Shown: positions 19,671-29,260 of the stretch, piece by piece
How positions within the stretch are numbered: the stretch's first letter is position 1
Layout of the letters: each line of letters starts with the position of its first letter
NCBI GenBank assembly: GCA_028282845.1
Contig: JANQGY010000013.1
Span: 197,350 to 261,349, forward strand
Source: a bacterium
GTDB lineage: Bacteria > Fidelibacterota > Marinisomatia > Marinisomatales > JAHJCW01
DNA: 64,000 bases
Reading direction: 5' to 3'
The notes under the pieces: model-generated
The model's input: only the letters and a program-made list of their open reading frames with translations
Databases searched by the model: none
What the model was told of the DNA's origin: nothing
Position numbers and translations under genes: made by a program

Positions 19671-20843
19671 TTGAAGATATTCGATTATATAACCGATAAG
19701 TTCGTTAATAAGGAAGATGTCGCATTGCGATCTTACCGCAGTAGGATTGGAAAACATCAGGGCTGGATATCGGTTTTTATAAACGGATTATTATTCATTA
19801 TAAAAATAATAATCGGCATAGTGGTTGGATCCATCAGTTTAATCGCTGATGCGATCCATACCCTTTCCGATCTCATTTCTTCGGCGGTCGTCATTTGGGG
19901 ATTTAAACAAATCGAAAAACCGGCTGATTCGGAGCATCCTTACGGACATGGCAGAATAGAATATATTGCAACATTAATCATTGCGATATTATTAATTGTA
20001 GCCGGAGTGGAATTCATTAAATCGTCAATTGGTCGAATATCAGAACCAACTCCGATTTCACCATCTTGGTGGATGATCATATTGATTACGCTAACTATAA
20101 TTCTTAAGGAGATTGCCGCCCGATACGCTGATTTTCTGTCACGAAAGATATTGTCCGGGACATTAAACGCCGATGCCTGGCACCATCGCACCGATGCACT
20201 ATCATCATTGTTAGTAATAATTGCTATGATTGCAGGAAAATTTGGTTTTTACGCGGTTGACGGTTGGGCTGGCATTGGTGTAGCGCTAATTGTTATTTGG
20301 ACCGGGTTTTCAATCGCCAAAGAGGCAATTGATGATATAATCGGTGTCCCACCTGAAGAAGACGAAATAAATGATATTAAACAAGTTGTATCAACAATTA
20401 ATGGTGTACTCGGTGTTCATGATATTACTGTACATAGCTACGGTTCCGATAAATTTGCAAGCATTCATGTGGAAATTGACGAAACGATCAGTTCGGTCAC
20501 TGCCCATGATATTGCAGAAGATGTTTCACAAGCACTGAATAACCGAATGGAAATTGAAGCTACCGTTCATATAGACCCAATCAACATTGATAATCCAATG
20601 ATCAAAAAAGTTAAAAATTTCTTAGCTGATAATTGGTCCTCTGATGAAAGAGTTATTGGATGGCATGAAGTCAGGATAGTTGATACTGAAAAACATCATG
20701 TAATTTTGTTCGGGATCAATACCAAATCCGGATTAACGCGCATCGAAAATTTAAAAGTTTGTGAAGAAATGGAAGCTGCGCTTTCTAAAGAATTTGAGGA
20801 TTTTGAAGTAAAGATCAAGGCTTCACCACTTCACCGCTATTGA
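19671..20843 (+). CDS. Cation diffusion facilitator (CDF) metal efflux transporter
   Basis: TTG start. Six TM helices with HTLSDLISS and HHRTDALSS metal-site motifs, and a C-terminal cytoplasmic domain. Confidence 0.85.
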   Translation: MKIFDYITDKFVNKEDVALRSYRSRIGKHQGWISVFINGLLFIIKIIIGIVVGSISLIADAIHTLSDLISSAVVIWGFKQIEKPADSEHPYGHGRIEYIATLIIAILLIVAGVEFIKSSIGRISEPTPISPSWWMIILITLTIILKEIAARYADFLSRKILSGTLNADAWHHRTDALSSLLVIIAMIAGKFGFYAVDGWAGIGVALIVIWTGFSIAKEAIDDIIGVPPEEDEINDIKQVVSTINGVLGVHDITVHSYGSDKFASIHVEIDETISSVTAHDIAEDVSQALNNRMEIEATVHIDPINIDNPMIKKVKNFLADNWSSDERVIGWHEVRIVDTEKHHVILFGINTKSGLTRIENLKVCEEMEAALSKEFEDFEVKIKASPLHRY

Positions 20844-21582
20844 AGACCTGTACTTTTCCATCAATCAATATTTTTGCTTCCCCTGATTCTGTCAACTCCA
20901 TAAACCTGCCTTTTATAACTTTATTATTATAATTGAATTTTGTTACTTTATTTAGGTGCACGCAGCGATTTTGCCAATCCTCAATTTGATCGTTAAAAGA
21001 AGTGAATTGATTTAATCTCACTTCCAAATTATTGATAACAGATGCTAAAAATTGTTCCCGATCCTGAGCCTTACCTAGTTCGATAAAAAGAGAAGTACTT
21101 GATAGTTGTAATTCGGACGGGAAATCTGTTCTTTCTTCGTTTATATTAATTCCGATCCCAATTACTAAAGTTTTTATGTAATTATTTTGGATTTTACTTT
21201 CACAGAGGATTCCGCCAACTTTTTTACCATCAATTAGGATGTCATTGGGCCATTTTAACTGAGTCAAAATATTTAGTTCATTTAAGGAATCGGAAACGGC
21301 TAAACCGGCAACTATGGAATACCTATTTATTTGATCAATGGAGCAATCGGGGAAAAGTATAACTGAAAAAGTTAAACTTTTACCTGGCAATGAAAACCAC
21401 TTTTTTGATTGTCTGCCACGCCCGGCTGTTTGATGATCGGTGATTACTACAGTACCATTTGCAATATTTGATTTAGACAATTCAAGTGCTTTTGAATTGG
21501 TAGAATCCAGTTCATCGAAATATTTTATATTATCGAAATTGCTGGTCTTAAGATGTTGCTTATATAATTCGCTGTTGAACAT
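20815..21582 (-). CDS. birA: Biotin--[acetyl-CoA-carboxylase] ligase
   Basis: GRGRQSKKW biotin-binding motif and KWPNDILIDGKKVGGIL. The start is moved to Met16 of the ORF because the longer ORF runs through the upstream terminator hairpin. Confidence 0.85.
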   Translation of the reverse strand: MFNSELYKQHLKTSNFDNIKYFDELDSTNSKALELSKSNIANGTVVITDHQTAGRGRQSKKWFSLPGKSLTFSVILFPDCSIDQINRYSIVAGLAVSDSLNELNILTQLKWPNDILIDGKKVGGILCESKIQNNYIKTLVIGIGININEERTDFPSELQLSSTSLFIELGKAQDREQFLASVINNLEVRLNQFTSFNDQIEDWQNRCVHLNKVTKFNYNNKVIKGRFMELTESGEAKILIDGKVQVFNSGEVVKP

Positions 21583-21590
21583 ATTAATAT

Positions 21591-21621
21591 AAAAAAAGCC
21601 GCTGAAAAGTACTTCAGCGGC
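21591..21621 (-). terminator. Rho-independent terminator downstream of the LysM gene
   Basis: On the minus strand, a gccgctgaa/ttcagcggc 9-bp stem with a 6-nt loop is followed by ttttttt. Confidence 0.8.
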
Positions 21622-21644
21622 TTCCAAAATAATACAATTATTAA

Positions 21645-22220
21645 TTATTCACATGGATCAAGATTTTTCCGCAATTGGAAAACCATGCCGGGGTAAATGA
21701 TTCCACCGTTACGGTCAATAATATCCTGATTGTCCATATAAATTATTATCCAAGCCAATTGGTCACCAAAAACCCTGCCGGCGAGATTCCATGGCGTATC
21801 ACCTTCTTCAATGGTGTAATTATAAAATTCAACCTGACAATCTTTGGCTACCGCGGCAGCTTTTAGTAATTGCAAAAATCTATAGGGATAGATCAGATCG
21901 GGATTATCGCCGATCATTTCTTTGTTATACTCATATATCTCCCGCCATTTACTCCAATCGCCTAATTCTTTGCGGGCGATTTTGGATAAATAATCACCAC
22001 GTTTGATCATGTATGGTTCTTCTACCATACCGGGTACAATAGTACCTTCACCGCGATCAACATTATAAGGTTCAACAACAATTCCTTCATCCTCAGCAAC
22101 AGGAGTAGTAGTTTCTTCAATTGCGGTATCATCCGGAACAGGCGCTGCTTCCGGCACGGCTTGTTTTGCACAAGATGCTAATAAAATGATTGCAATTAGA
22201 AAAAGTGAGATATTTTTCAT
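21645..22220 (-). CDS. Lipoprotein with two LysM-like domains
   Basis: Signal peptide with lipobox (LLASC). Two YxIxxGDxLxxIA-like segments (YMIKRGDYLSKIA, YTIEEGDTPWNLA). Confidence 0.7.
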   Translation of the reverse strand: MKNISLFLIAIILLASCAKQAVPEAAPVPDDTAIEETTTPVAEDEGIVVEPYNVDRGEGTIVPGMVEEPYMIKRGDYLSKIARKELGDWSKWREIYEYNKEMIGDNPDLIYPYRFLQLLKAAAVAKDCQVEFYNYTIEEGDTPWNLAGRVFGDQLAWIIIYMDNQDIIDRNGGIIYPGMVFQLRKNLDPCE

Positions 22221-22289
22221 AAACGTCCTCCGCGTTTTAACAATTATAAAATTTATTAAAGTTAAATATAAATGCGTGATAAATGATAA

Positions 22290-23783
22290 TTAATTTTGGG
22301 TGTATTCACCAAAAACACTGCGTAATGTGTTGGCAATTTCTCCAAGCGTGCAATTGTTCTTTAAACAATTGATGATCTGTGGAAATAAGTTGCCATCGCC
22401 TTTTGCGATTTTTTCCAGTCGTAATAAATTGTCTTCAACCGGCTTTTCATTGCGTAGTTTTTTAAATCTGTGTAGTGCTTTAATTTGATTTTTAGTTGCC
22501 TTTGGATCAATTTTAAGCAGTTCGGATTTTGTTGTGTCCTGTTCAATAAATTTGTTCACCCCAATCACCGTTTTATCATTTTGATCAACAGCCTTTTGGT
22601 ATTCGTAAGCGCTTTTAGCGATTTCGTTCTGTATCCAATTGTTTTCTATCGCTTTGACAGAACCGCCCATTTCATCAATTTGATTGATAATTTGTTGAGC
22701 TTCCTGAATCAAGTTATCGGTTAATTCCTCAACTACATAGCTGCCACCGAACGGATCGGGATGATCGGTAACCCCTGATTCATAAGCAATAATTTGCTGA
22801 GTCCTTAGTGCGAGTTTGGCTGATTCGTCAGTGGGAAGCGCTAATGCTTCATCCTTGCTGTTGGTGTGTAACGATTGTGTTCCGCCGAGAACCGACGACA
22901 TCGCTTGAATGGTTGTTCTGATAATATTATTATCAATCTGTTGGGCTGTCAGGGTGGAGCCTCCTGTTTGAGTATGAAAGCGACACAATTGAGCTTTAGT
23001 TTCAGTGACGTTGAATCTATCTTTCATAGTTGTAGCCCATAATTTTCGAGCGGCCCTGAATTTGGCAATTTCCTCTAAAAATCCGTTATGCGTGTTGAAA
23101 AAGAATGACAAGCGTTTCCCAAATGAATTAGGGTCTAAACCGGAATCAATTGCTGCTTGGACATAGGCAATCGCGTTGGAAAAAGTAAATGCCAGTTCCT
23201 GAGCTGCGGTGCTGCCGGCTTCGCGAATGTGATAACCAGAGATCGAGATAGTATTCCACTGCGGTAGATTATCGGCACAATAATCAAAGATATCAGTGAT
23301 AATGCGCATTGATTGTTTGGGCGGAAAAATGTAAGTACCGCGCGCCACGTATTCCTTCAAAATATCATTTTGGATTGTACCGCGTAGTTTGTCGGCTGAA
23401 ATTCCGTTTTTTTCTGCAACAACAATATACATTGCCAATAATATAATGGCAGTTGAATTAATGGTCATCGAAGTGGAAATTTTATCAAGGGGTATTTTAT
23501 TTAATAAGCGTTCCATATCCTCGATGGTTGATATTGGCACGCCGACACGCCCGACTTCACCTTCCGCCATAGGATGGTCAGAATCGTAACCGATTTGAGT
23601 CGGTAGATCGAAAGCCACCGAAAGGCCGGTCACTCCTTGTTCTAAAAGATAGCGATATCTTTTATTGGATTCCTCTGCAGATGTGTAGCCGGCATACTGA
23701 CGCATAGTCCAGAAGCGCTTCTTATACATGTCAGGATATATGCCGCGCGTAAAAGGGAATTCACCGGGTTTCGGTATCTTCAT
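22290..23783 (-). CDS. Methylmalonyl-CoA mutase family catalytic (substrate-binding barrel) subunit without a B12-binding domain
   Basis: [33 protein letters not shown] and [13 protein letters not shown] blocks. 497 aa, ending before the cobalamin domain. Confidence 0.9.
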   Translation of the reverse strand: MKIPKPGEFPFTRGIYPDMYKKRFWTMRQYAGYTSAEESNKRYRYLLEQGVTGLSVAFDLPTQIGYDSDHPMAEGEVGRVGVPISTIEDMERLLNKIPLDKISTSMTINSTAIILLAMYIVVAEKNGISADKLRGTIQNDILKEYVARGTYIFPPKQSMRIITDIFDYCADNLPQWNTISISGYHIREAGSTAAQELAFTFSNAIAYVQAAIDSGLDPNSFGKRLSFFFNTHNGFLEEIAKFRAARKLWATTMKDRFNVTETKAQLCRFHTQTGGSTLTAQQIDNNIIRTTIQAMSSVLGGTQSLHTNSKDEALALPTDESAKLALRTQQIIAYESGVTDHPDPFGGSYVVEELTDNLIQEAQQIINQIDEMGGSVKAIENNWIQNEIAKSAYEYQKAVDQNDKTVIGVNKFIEQDTTKSELLKIDPKATKNQIKALHRFKKLRNEKPVEDNLLRLEKIAKGDGNLFPQIINCLKNNCTLGEIANTLRSVFGEYTQN

Positions 23784-23871
23784 TGCAATCCTCTGTTTTT
23801 ATTGGAACACCAATAATATATTATGGTAAAAACTACGCAGTTTCATAATTTCGCCAAAGATTTATTAACTT

Positions 23872-24417
23872 ATGAAAATACCTTTAAAAACAAAGATCGC
23901 TTTTTGGTGGTGGAGAAAATTACAGTATAAAAAGCCGGCAAACCTGCTGCAAAAAATATCAGTTAACGGTGATGGAATAAGCCCCCTTTTATTCATATTG
24001 CCACAAGATCGAACTCATTTGGCAATTGCATTGCATTTTCTTAAAACGTTAACGGAACAGGGCCATCTTGATATTATTGAACGAATAATCGGATTGCGAG
24101 AGCATAAGGAGAGTATAAATCCTGAATTATCAATAAAAATGCAGTACATTGCTGAGGAAGATGTAAACCGGTATGGACTGCTAACAACCAATGCTTTAAA
24201 AAGATTGACTGAAAGTAAATTCAAGAGTGTAATTAATTTAGATCCAGAATCCGGACCTATTTCCATGCAACTTGTGAGTGCTTACAGTGCCAAGATCAGA
24301 ATCGGTTTTGGTTCAGACAGAGCCAAAGATATATATAATATTAGCATTGAAAATGATCATAGTAATAATTATGTTGAAAAAGGCTATAAGTACATAATAG
24401 AGGTACTTGGTTTATGA
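23872..24417 (+). CDS. Hypothetical protein
   Basis: Clean ORF, translationally coupled (ATGA overlap) to the downstream nucleotidyltransferase-like gene. No motif recognised. Confidence 0.45.
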   Translation: MKIPLKTKIAFWWWRKLQYKKPANLLQKISVNGDGISPLLFILPQDRTHLAIALHFLKTLTEQGHLDIIERIIGLREHKESINPELSIKMQYIAEEDVNRYGLLTTNALKRLTESKFKSVINLDPESGPISMQLVSAYSAKIRIGFGSDRAKDIYNISIENDHSNNYVEKGYKYIIEVLGL

Positions 24418-25613
24418 GAAAAATTTACATATATGAAAACAATGAGGCGCTGAATCTTGAGCCTATCGCATTGACAAGGCCGGTTTGCGATTTGAGATGT
24501 GGGGCTTATACCTTTTTTGAACGCATAAAAAAATTATTTCCGGATGCCGATATTGAACTGATAGTAAGAGATGAAATAAAACAACTGACCGAAGAGATAT
24601 ATCCGAATCATGTGGTTAATCCCGACACTGTTGAAGATGGACTATGGATTATGGCGAATGTATTTTGGTCGGATGCCGATATTAAAAGAATATCCCAAGA
24701 AGAATATCAATTTTACTACAGTGAAAAGGTATTAGCCGCAGCTTATCTGAGTAAAGATGTCGGGAATAATTGGCTGAAACTGCGTGGGCCGGTACAAGGC
24801 AATATGGTCGCCTGTTTTCCCGTAGCAGAAATAAAATCGAAAGTCGTTAAATATTTATGGAATACCATAGCATTGATTGGCGAAGCACTCGAAAATGATA
24901 AAAAGGATTTTCAACCAAAAAAAATAAATCGCAATGATATACATTTGGTCAATAAAAACAATATATTTGTAAAATCACCGGATCAGATCAGCCCGGGCGT
25001 TGTAATTGATGCCACCGACGGACCGGTAATTATAGAAAAAGATGTACAAATCAATTCACATTCTTTATTGCGGGGACCATTGTATATTGCCGGAGGTTCG
25101 GTGGTTCAACCACAGACTTTTGTAAGGAACAGCATTATCGGGCCGGTTTCTAAAATCGGCGGTGAAGTTAGCGCGACCATTATTCAAGGATATTCCAACA
25201 AATCACATTTTGGATTTTTAGGTAGTGCTTATATTGGACAATGGGTAAATTTTGGAGCCGGAGCTACCAATAGCAATCTAAAAAATAATTATACGCCGGT
25301 AAATATTTCCATCAATGAACAGGTTGTCGAGACCGGCGAATTGTTCATCGGCCTATTTGCCGGAGACTATTCGACTTTTGCCATCGGCACTACCTTAAAT
25401 ACCGGAACAAACATCGGGCCGGGTTGTAACGTTGTTACAAGCGGTTTCCCACCAAAGCGTTTAAAACCATTTACTTGGTATCTGAATGGTCGGCAAAAGC
25501 GAGCGGATGAAAGGATGTTTTTAGAGACCGCTGAAGCGATGCAATCCCGTCGCGGGAAAACACTTTCCGAAGCGGAAAAATATGTATTAACAAATATCTT
25601 GAGAAAACAGTAA
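24414..25613 (+). CDS. Putative sugar nucleotidyltransferase / left-handed beta-helix (hexapeptide) protein, GlmU-like
   Basis: The C-terminal half has hexapeptide-repeat character (IGPVSKIGGEVS, IGQWVNFGAGATNSNLKNNY). The N-terminus is LTRPVCDLRCG. Confidence 0.65.
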   Translation: MRKIYIYENNEALNLEPIALTRPVCDLRCGAYTFFERIKKLFPDADIELIVRDEIKQLTEEIYPNHVVNPDTVEDGLWIMANVFWSDADIKRISQEEYQFYYSEKVLAAAYLSKDVGNNWLKLRGPVQGNMVACFPVAEIKSKVVKYLWNTIALIGEALENDKKDFQPKKINRNDIHLVNKNNIFVKSPDQISPGVVIDATDGPVIIEKDVQINSHSLLRGPLYIAGGSVVQPQTFVRNSIIGPVSKIGGEVSATIIQGYSNKSHFGFLGSAYIGQWVNFGAGATNSNLKNNYTPVNISINEQVVETGELFIGLFAGDYSTFAIGTTLNTGTNIGPGCNVVTSGFPPKRLKPFTWYLNGRQKRADERMFLETAEAMQSRRGKTLSEAEKYVLTNILRKQ

Positions 25614-25686
25614 TATATTACAAGAAAGTATTGACCACCTCAATTTGACAAATTATATTATCGCCCAATTTTAGAGGATTTAATCA

Positions 25687-26076
25687 ATGTTAGAAGGTAT
25701 CATTTGTCCCGTTTGTGAATCAACACTGAAGGAGGAGGACCTTAAAGAAAATTTGGTTTGCGTTGAATGTAAGACCGACCTTAAAGACCGCCAGTATTTA
25801 GACTTCTTGGAATATTTGATGACAAATGGTATTGTCGAGAATCTTGACTTCTTTGATGAGGATGTTTACAGTGAAGATATTGAACGGCTTGAACCGGATG
25901 AGGAAGAAGACATTGATCCTTCAAAGTTTGAAAAGAAAAAAGATATTCTGAGCTTTTATGAAGATGAATATATCCAAAGTGATTCCAATGACGAATTGCC
26001 GGAAGTGATCGAGGAGTTCAAAGGAATCGAGGAGGATTGGGAAGAATTTAATAAGCGCGAATTTGGTGGTAATTAA
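25687..26076 (+). CDS. Small zinc-ribbon protein with a highly acidic tail
   Basis: CPVCES..(13)..CVECKT followed by a D/E-rich C-terminus. Confidence 0.5.
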   Translation: MLEGIICPVCESTLKEEDLKENLVCVECKTDLKDRQYLDFLEYLMTNGIVENLDFFDEDVYSEDIERLEPDEEEDIDPSKFEKKKDILSFYEDEYIQSDSNDELPEVIEEFKGIEEDWEEFNKREFGGN

Positions 26077-26090
26077 AAAGGGATAAAATT

Positions 26091-26420
26091 ATGGATCAAA
26101 AGAAGAATCCACAAAACATGCAAAAGATCAATATCGAATTGGATGAAAAAGCCGGTTCGGGAGAATATTCCAATTTCGTCGTTGTTACACATTCTCCGGC
26201 GGAATTTGTAATGGATTTTACCCGTATTTTGCCGGGAGTTCCAAAGGCAAAGGTCCATTCGCGTATCATTATGGCTCCGCAGCATGTTAAATCTTACATG
26301 CAGGCCTTAAAAGACAATATCGGCAAATTTGAAGAAAAATATGGCGAGATTAAAGTCTATAAACAGGAAGGAATGCCAAATTTCGGGGTGAAACCAACCG
26401 ATTCAGAGTTGCCGAATTAG
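26091..26420 (+). CDS. DUF3467-like protein
   Basis: YSNFVVVTHSPAEFVMDF core resembles DUF3467. Confidence 0.6.
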   Translation: MDQKKNPQNMQKINIELDEKAGSGEYSNFVVVTHSPAEFVMDFTRILPGVPKAKVHSRIIMAPQHVKSYMQALKDNIGKFEEKYGEIKVYKQEGMPNFGVKPTDSELPN

Positions 26421-26992
26421 GTATAATTTACCCAGGTCTTTCCACGCTTAGCTTCACGAACCTTAAGCAATACCCAAATAGTTATAATCATCCAAGCGGT
26501 TATACATCCGAATAGCCATCCGCCGAGCACATCAAATGGATAATGGACACCTACATATACTCTGCTAAACCCTACTATCAGTGAAACAGTGATTGTAAAA
26601 TAACCCCATTTTCTGAAGAAATATAAAATAATCATCGCTGCTGACATTGTGTTAGCAGCGTGGTTGGATACAAAACCATATTTGCCGCCGCGTGGCACTA
26701 ATAGATTGATACTATCAATCATTGCGCGCGATGGTCGTAAACGTTCAAAATGAGGTTTAATGACCTGGGCTGCAAAAACATCTGTTATAATTAATGTCAA
26801 TAGCAATAATACCGCAGCGATTCGACCGCGTTTCCCGCTAAAGATTAACAGCCATAACCAGATCAGAATCAGCGGTATGGCAACATTATTTTCATTGGTG
26901 ATGATCGGCATGATCCAATCCAGAAATGGATTGGCGATCGTATCATTAATAAAATGAAATATTTTATGATCCAAACGAATTAAAAAATCCAT
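26417..26992 (-). CDS. PAP2-family phosphatase (membrane lipid phosphate / undecaprenyl-diphosphate phosphatase type)
   Basis: KxxxxRxRP (KPHFERLRPS), SNH (FVSNHA) and SRVYVGVHYPFD acid-phosphatase motifs. Confidence 0.85.
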   Translation of the reverse strand: MDFLIRLDHKIFHFINDTIANPFLDWIMPIITNENNVAIPLILIWLWLLIFSGKRGRIAAVLLLLTLIITDVFAAQVIKPHFERLRPSRAMIDSINLLVPRGGKYGFVSNHAANTMSAAMIILYFFRKWGYFTITVSLIVGFSRVYVGVHYPFDVLGGWLFGCITAWMIITIWVLLKVREAKRGKTWVNYT

Positions 26993-27097
26993 AATACCTA
27001 AAAGTTTAATGGCGGAAATTTAGGTAAAGCAAGCATTTGTTGACATAAAAATATCTTGTTGAGATATTGCGAATATTATTAGTTTTGAATGTTAGTA

Positions 27098-27171
27098 GGT
27101 AGGGGTGTGTATCACATACAACTGGTTGTTCCCCCGCTCCCAGTACCGTGATCTATCCCCTACCGTCTTTT
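27098..27171 (+). other. Long GC-rich nested hairpin followed by a T-run in a divergent intergenic region (candidate sRNA or terminator-like element)
   Basis: ggtagggg (27098..27105) pairs with cccctacc (27157..27164). Inner pairs are atcac/gtgat and ctgg/ccag. The element is followed by gtctttt. Confidence 0.4.
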
Positions 27172-27302
27172 AAAAAAGATAAAATTATCTTATTTATAAT
27201 AGAAATCCATTCTCTTTCGTAATTTATCATAATTCAACAGGTTAAATGATAAACTGTTGTAAGAAAAAATCTTGTATAAAATATGGAATTCTTGTAAAAT
27301 AG

Positions 27303-27316
27303 ACCGACCGGTCGGT
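27303..27316. promoter_or_regulatory. Perfect 14-bp palindrome ACCGACCGGTCGGT 70 nt upstream of etfB (candidate operator)
   Basis: Read directly from the sequence. It is the only GC-rich element in an otherwise AT-rich leader. Confidence 0.35.
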
Positions 27317-27385
27317 TTATAATTCTAATTTTATAAGTTGGATCGTTTTTACCAAGATTTTGATGAAAAATTTGGAGGAAATAAT

Positions 27386-28165
27386 ATGAAAATTGGTGTA
27401 TTGGTTAAACAAGTAGCCGGTAGCGAATCACCTTTGCGGATTGATTCTGAAGCAAAATGGGTGGATGAAAGCGCTGTTGACTTTTCGATCAATGAAAGTG
27501 ATTCTTATGCTTTGGAGGAAGCTTTGCAAATAATAGAGCGTTCCGGCGGTGATGGGGAAGTGGTAGTTGTCAGTATGGGACCGGCGGGGCGAACACCAAA
27601 AGTAATTCGAGAGGCTTTGGCAAAAGGTGGGCATAGAGCGATTCATATTCAGGAGGAAGCTCCGTATGAAACTGATCCATTTATGATCGCTAGTATATTT
27701 GCTGAAGCGCTTAAGGATGAACAATTTGACCTAATACTTTCCGGATTACAATCCGATGACTTGAGTTCCGGACAAACCGGCGTTATTCTTGGGGAATTGC
27801 TTGGTATGTCCACCGCAACTCTGGTGATGGGAGTTGAAGTACAGGACGGTAATTTGAGAGCAAAGCGTGAATTGGAATCAGGTTGGTTTCAATGGGTAAC
27901 TTTACCATTCCCGGCCTGCATCACGATACAATCAGGATTGAATCAGCCACGTTATCCCTCGCTAAAAGGAATCATGGGAGCTAAGAAGAAGGAAATTAAA
28001 CCCGTTTCAAAGGCGGATTTGGTCGATGATTTAAAACCGCTGCAGGATTATTCCAATATGTATTTATTTAAAGCGGAGAAAAGTACCGAGATGATCGAAG
28101 GTTCGGCTGATGAAGTAGTTGATAAGCTGGCAGATATTTTTAAAAATAAAATAAAAGCTTTATAG
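27386..28165 (+). CDS. etfB: Electron transfer flavoprotein beta subunit
   Basis: MKIGVLVKQV start with ggagg RBS. ETF-beta pattern (NESDSYALEEAL, GLQSDD..SGQTG, PRYPSLKGIM). Confidence 0.92.
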   Translation: MKIGVLVKQVAGSESPLRIDSEAKWVDESAVDFSINESDSYALEEALQIIERSGGDGEVVVVSMGPAGRTPKVIREALAKGGHRAIHIQEEAPYETDPFMIASIFAEALKDEQFDLILSGLQSDDLSSGQTGVILGELLGMSTATLVMGVEVQDGNLRAKRELESGWFQWVTLPFPACITIQSGLNQPRYPSLKGIMGAKKKEIKPVSKADLVDDLKPLQDYSNMYLFKAEKSTEMIEGSADEVVDKLADIFKNKIKAL

Positions 28166-28173
28166 GAGTTGCC

Positions 28174-29145
28174 ATGGATATTTTAGTAGTTCTCGAAGGG
28201 GCAAATGGGGCAATCCACCGCATTAGTAAAGAAGCACTTGCAGCAGCGCAATTGTTGAGTAAAGATCTTGAACAGAAAATAAGTATCTTGGCGTTTGGTC
28301 AAAATGCCGAACAATTAGCCAATGAAGCAACGGGATTTAATGCTGAAGAAGTAGTGCTAATCAATGATGAAAAACTTAATAGTTATTCTGCCGATGGGTA
28401 TGCAGAAGCAATCATGCAGATTGTTGAAAAGGAAGCACCGCAATATGTGTTAACGGGGTATTCCTATTTGATAAGGGATTTTTTGCCGAAGGTTAGTGCC
28501 AGGTTACAAAAACCGTTGATCACGGATGTAATTTCCTATAAGAATGAAGGCGGCAAAATATTGTTCACTAAGCAGGTGTTGCATGGCAAATTAACTGTTG
28601 ATATTGAACCAAAAGTAACTGATTCGGTTATGGTCGCATTTCAATCAGCAGCCTACTCAGCCGATAATTTGATTAGCGGTTCGGCTAATATCAGAAATGT
28701 GGAGATTGAATTAAATGCTGATATGTTGAAAACCTCTTCAGAGGAGCCCTTCCAAGAGGAAACCGGTGGTGTGGATCTGACTTCGGCTGAAAAGATAATT
28801 TCCATCGGAAGAGGAATCGGCAAGGAAGAAAATATGCCCTTAGTGAAAGAACTTGCTGAGGTTTTGAAAGCCGAGATCGGCGCTTCACGCCCGATTGTTG
28901 ATGCCGGATGGTTACCAAGTTCACATCAGGTTGGTAGCTCCGGTCAGAGTGTTACACCCAATCTATATTTAGCATTAGGAATATCCGGTGCGATACAACA
29001 CGTGGTTGGTATGAAAGGTTCAAAGAATATCGTAGCGATCAATCGCGATGCCGACGCTCCAATATTTGAAATTGCAGATTACGGGGTCATCGGAGATATA
29101 GTTGAAATCATACCCAAATTGACTGAGGTAATTAAGAGCCAATAG
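28174..29145 (+). CDS. etfA: Electron transfer flavoprotein alpha subunit
   Basis: C-terminal FAD-binding signature (GASRPIVDAGW, QVGSSGQSV.P.LY.ALGISGAIQH, AINRDADAPIFE). Confidence 0.92.
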   Translation: MDILVVLEGANGAIHRISKEALAAAQLLSKDLEQKISILAFGQNAEQLANEATGFNAEEVVLINDEKLNSYSADGYAEAIMQIVEKEAPQYVLTGYSYLIRDFLPKVSARLQKPLITDVISYKNEGGKILFTKQVLHGKLTVDIEPKVTDSVMVAFQSAAYSADNLISGSANIRNVEIELNADMLKTSSEEPFQEETGGVDLTSAEKIISIGRGIGKEENMPLVKELAEVLKAEIGASRPIVDAGWLPSSHQVGSSGQSVTPNLYLALGISGAIQHVVGMKGSKNIVAINRDADAPIFEIADYGVIGDIVEIIPKLTEVIKSQ

Positions 29146-29260
29146 AAGCATTTTGCGGAAAAGTAAATAACAGTTTTATATACATAATCCGGCTTTTGCA
29201 AAACGGATGCTAACTTGTTATAGTTCTTATTGATTAACCGTTAAATGGAAAGTAATAGGA

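Noticed and set aside
21583-21627. N-terminal 15-codon extension of birA in the ORF track
   Set aside because: The extension runs through a textbook terminator hairpin plus T-tract (21591..21621) belonging to the upstream LysM gene. The Met at 21582 begins the conserved BirA sequence.
27246-27302. 18-codon Cys-rich mini-ORF (MINCCKKKSCIKYGILVK) upstream of etfB
   Set aside because: There is no convincing RBS, the region is AT-rich so short ORFs arise by chance, and there is nothing to support translation. It is noted only because it ends at the ACCGACCGGTCGGT palindrome.
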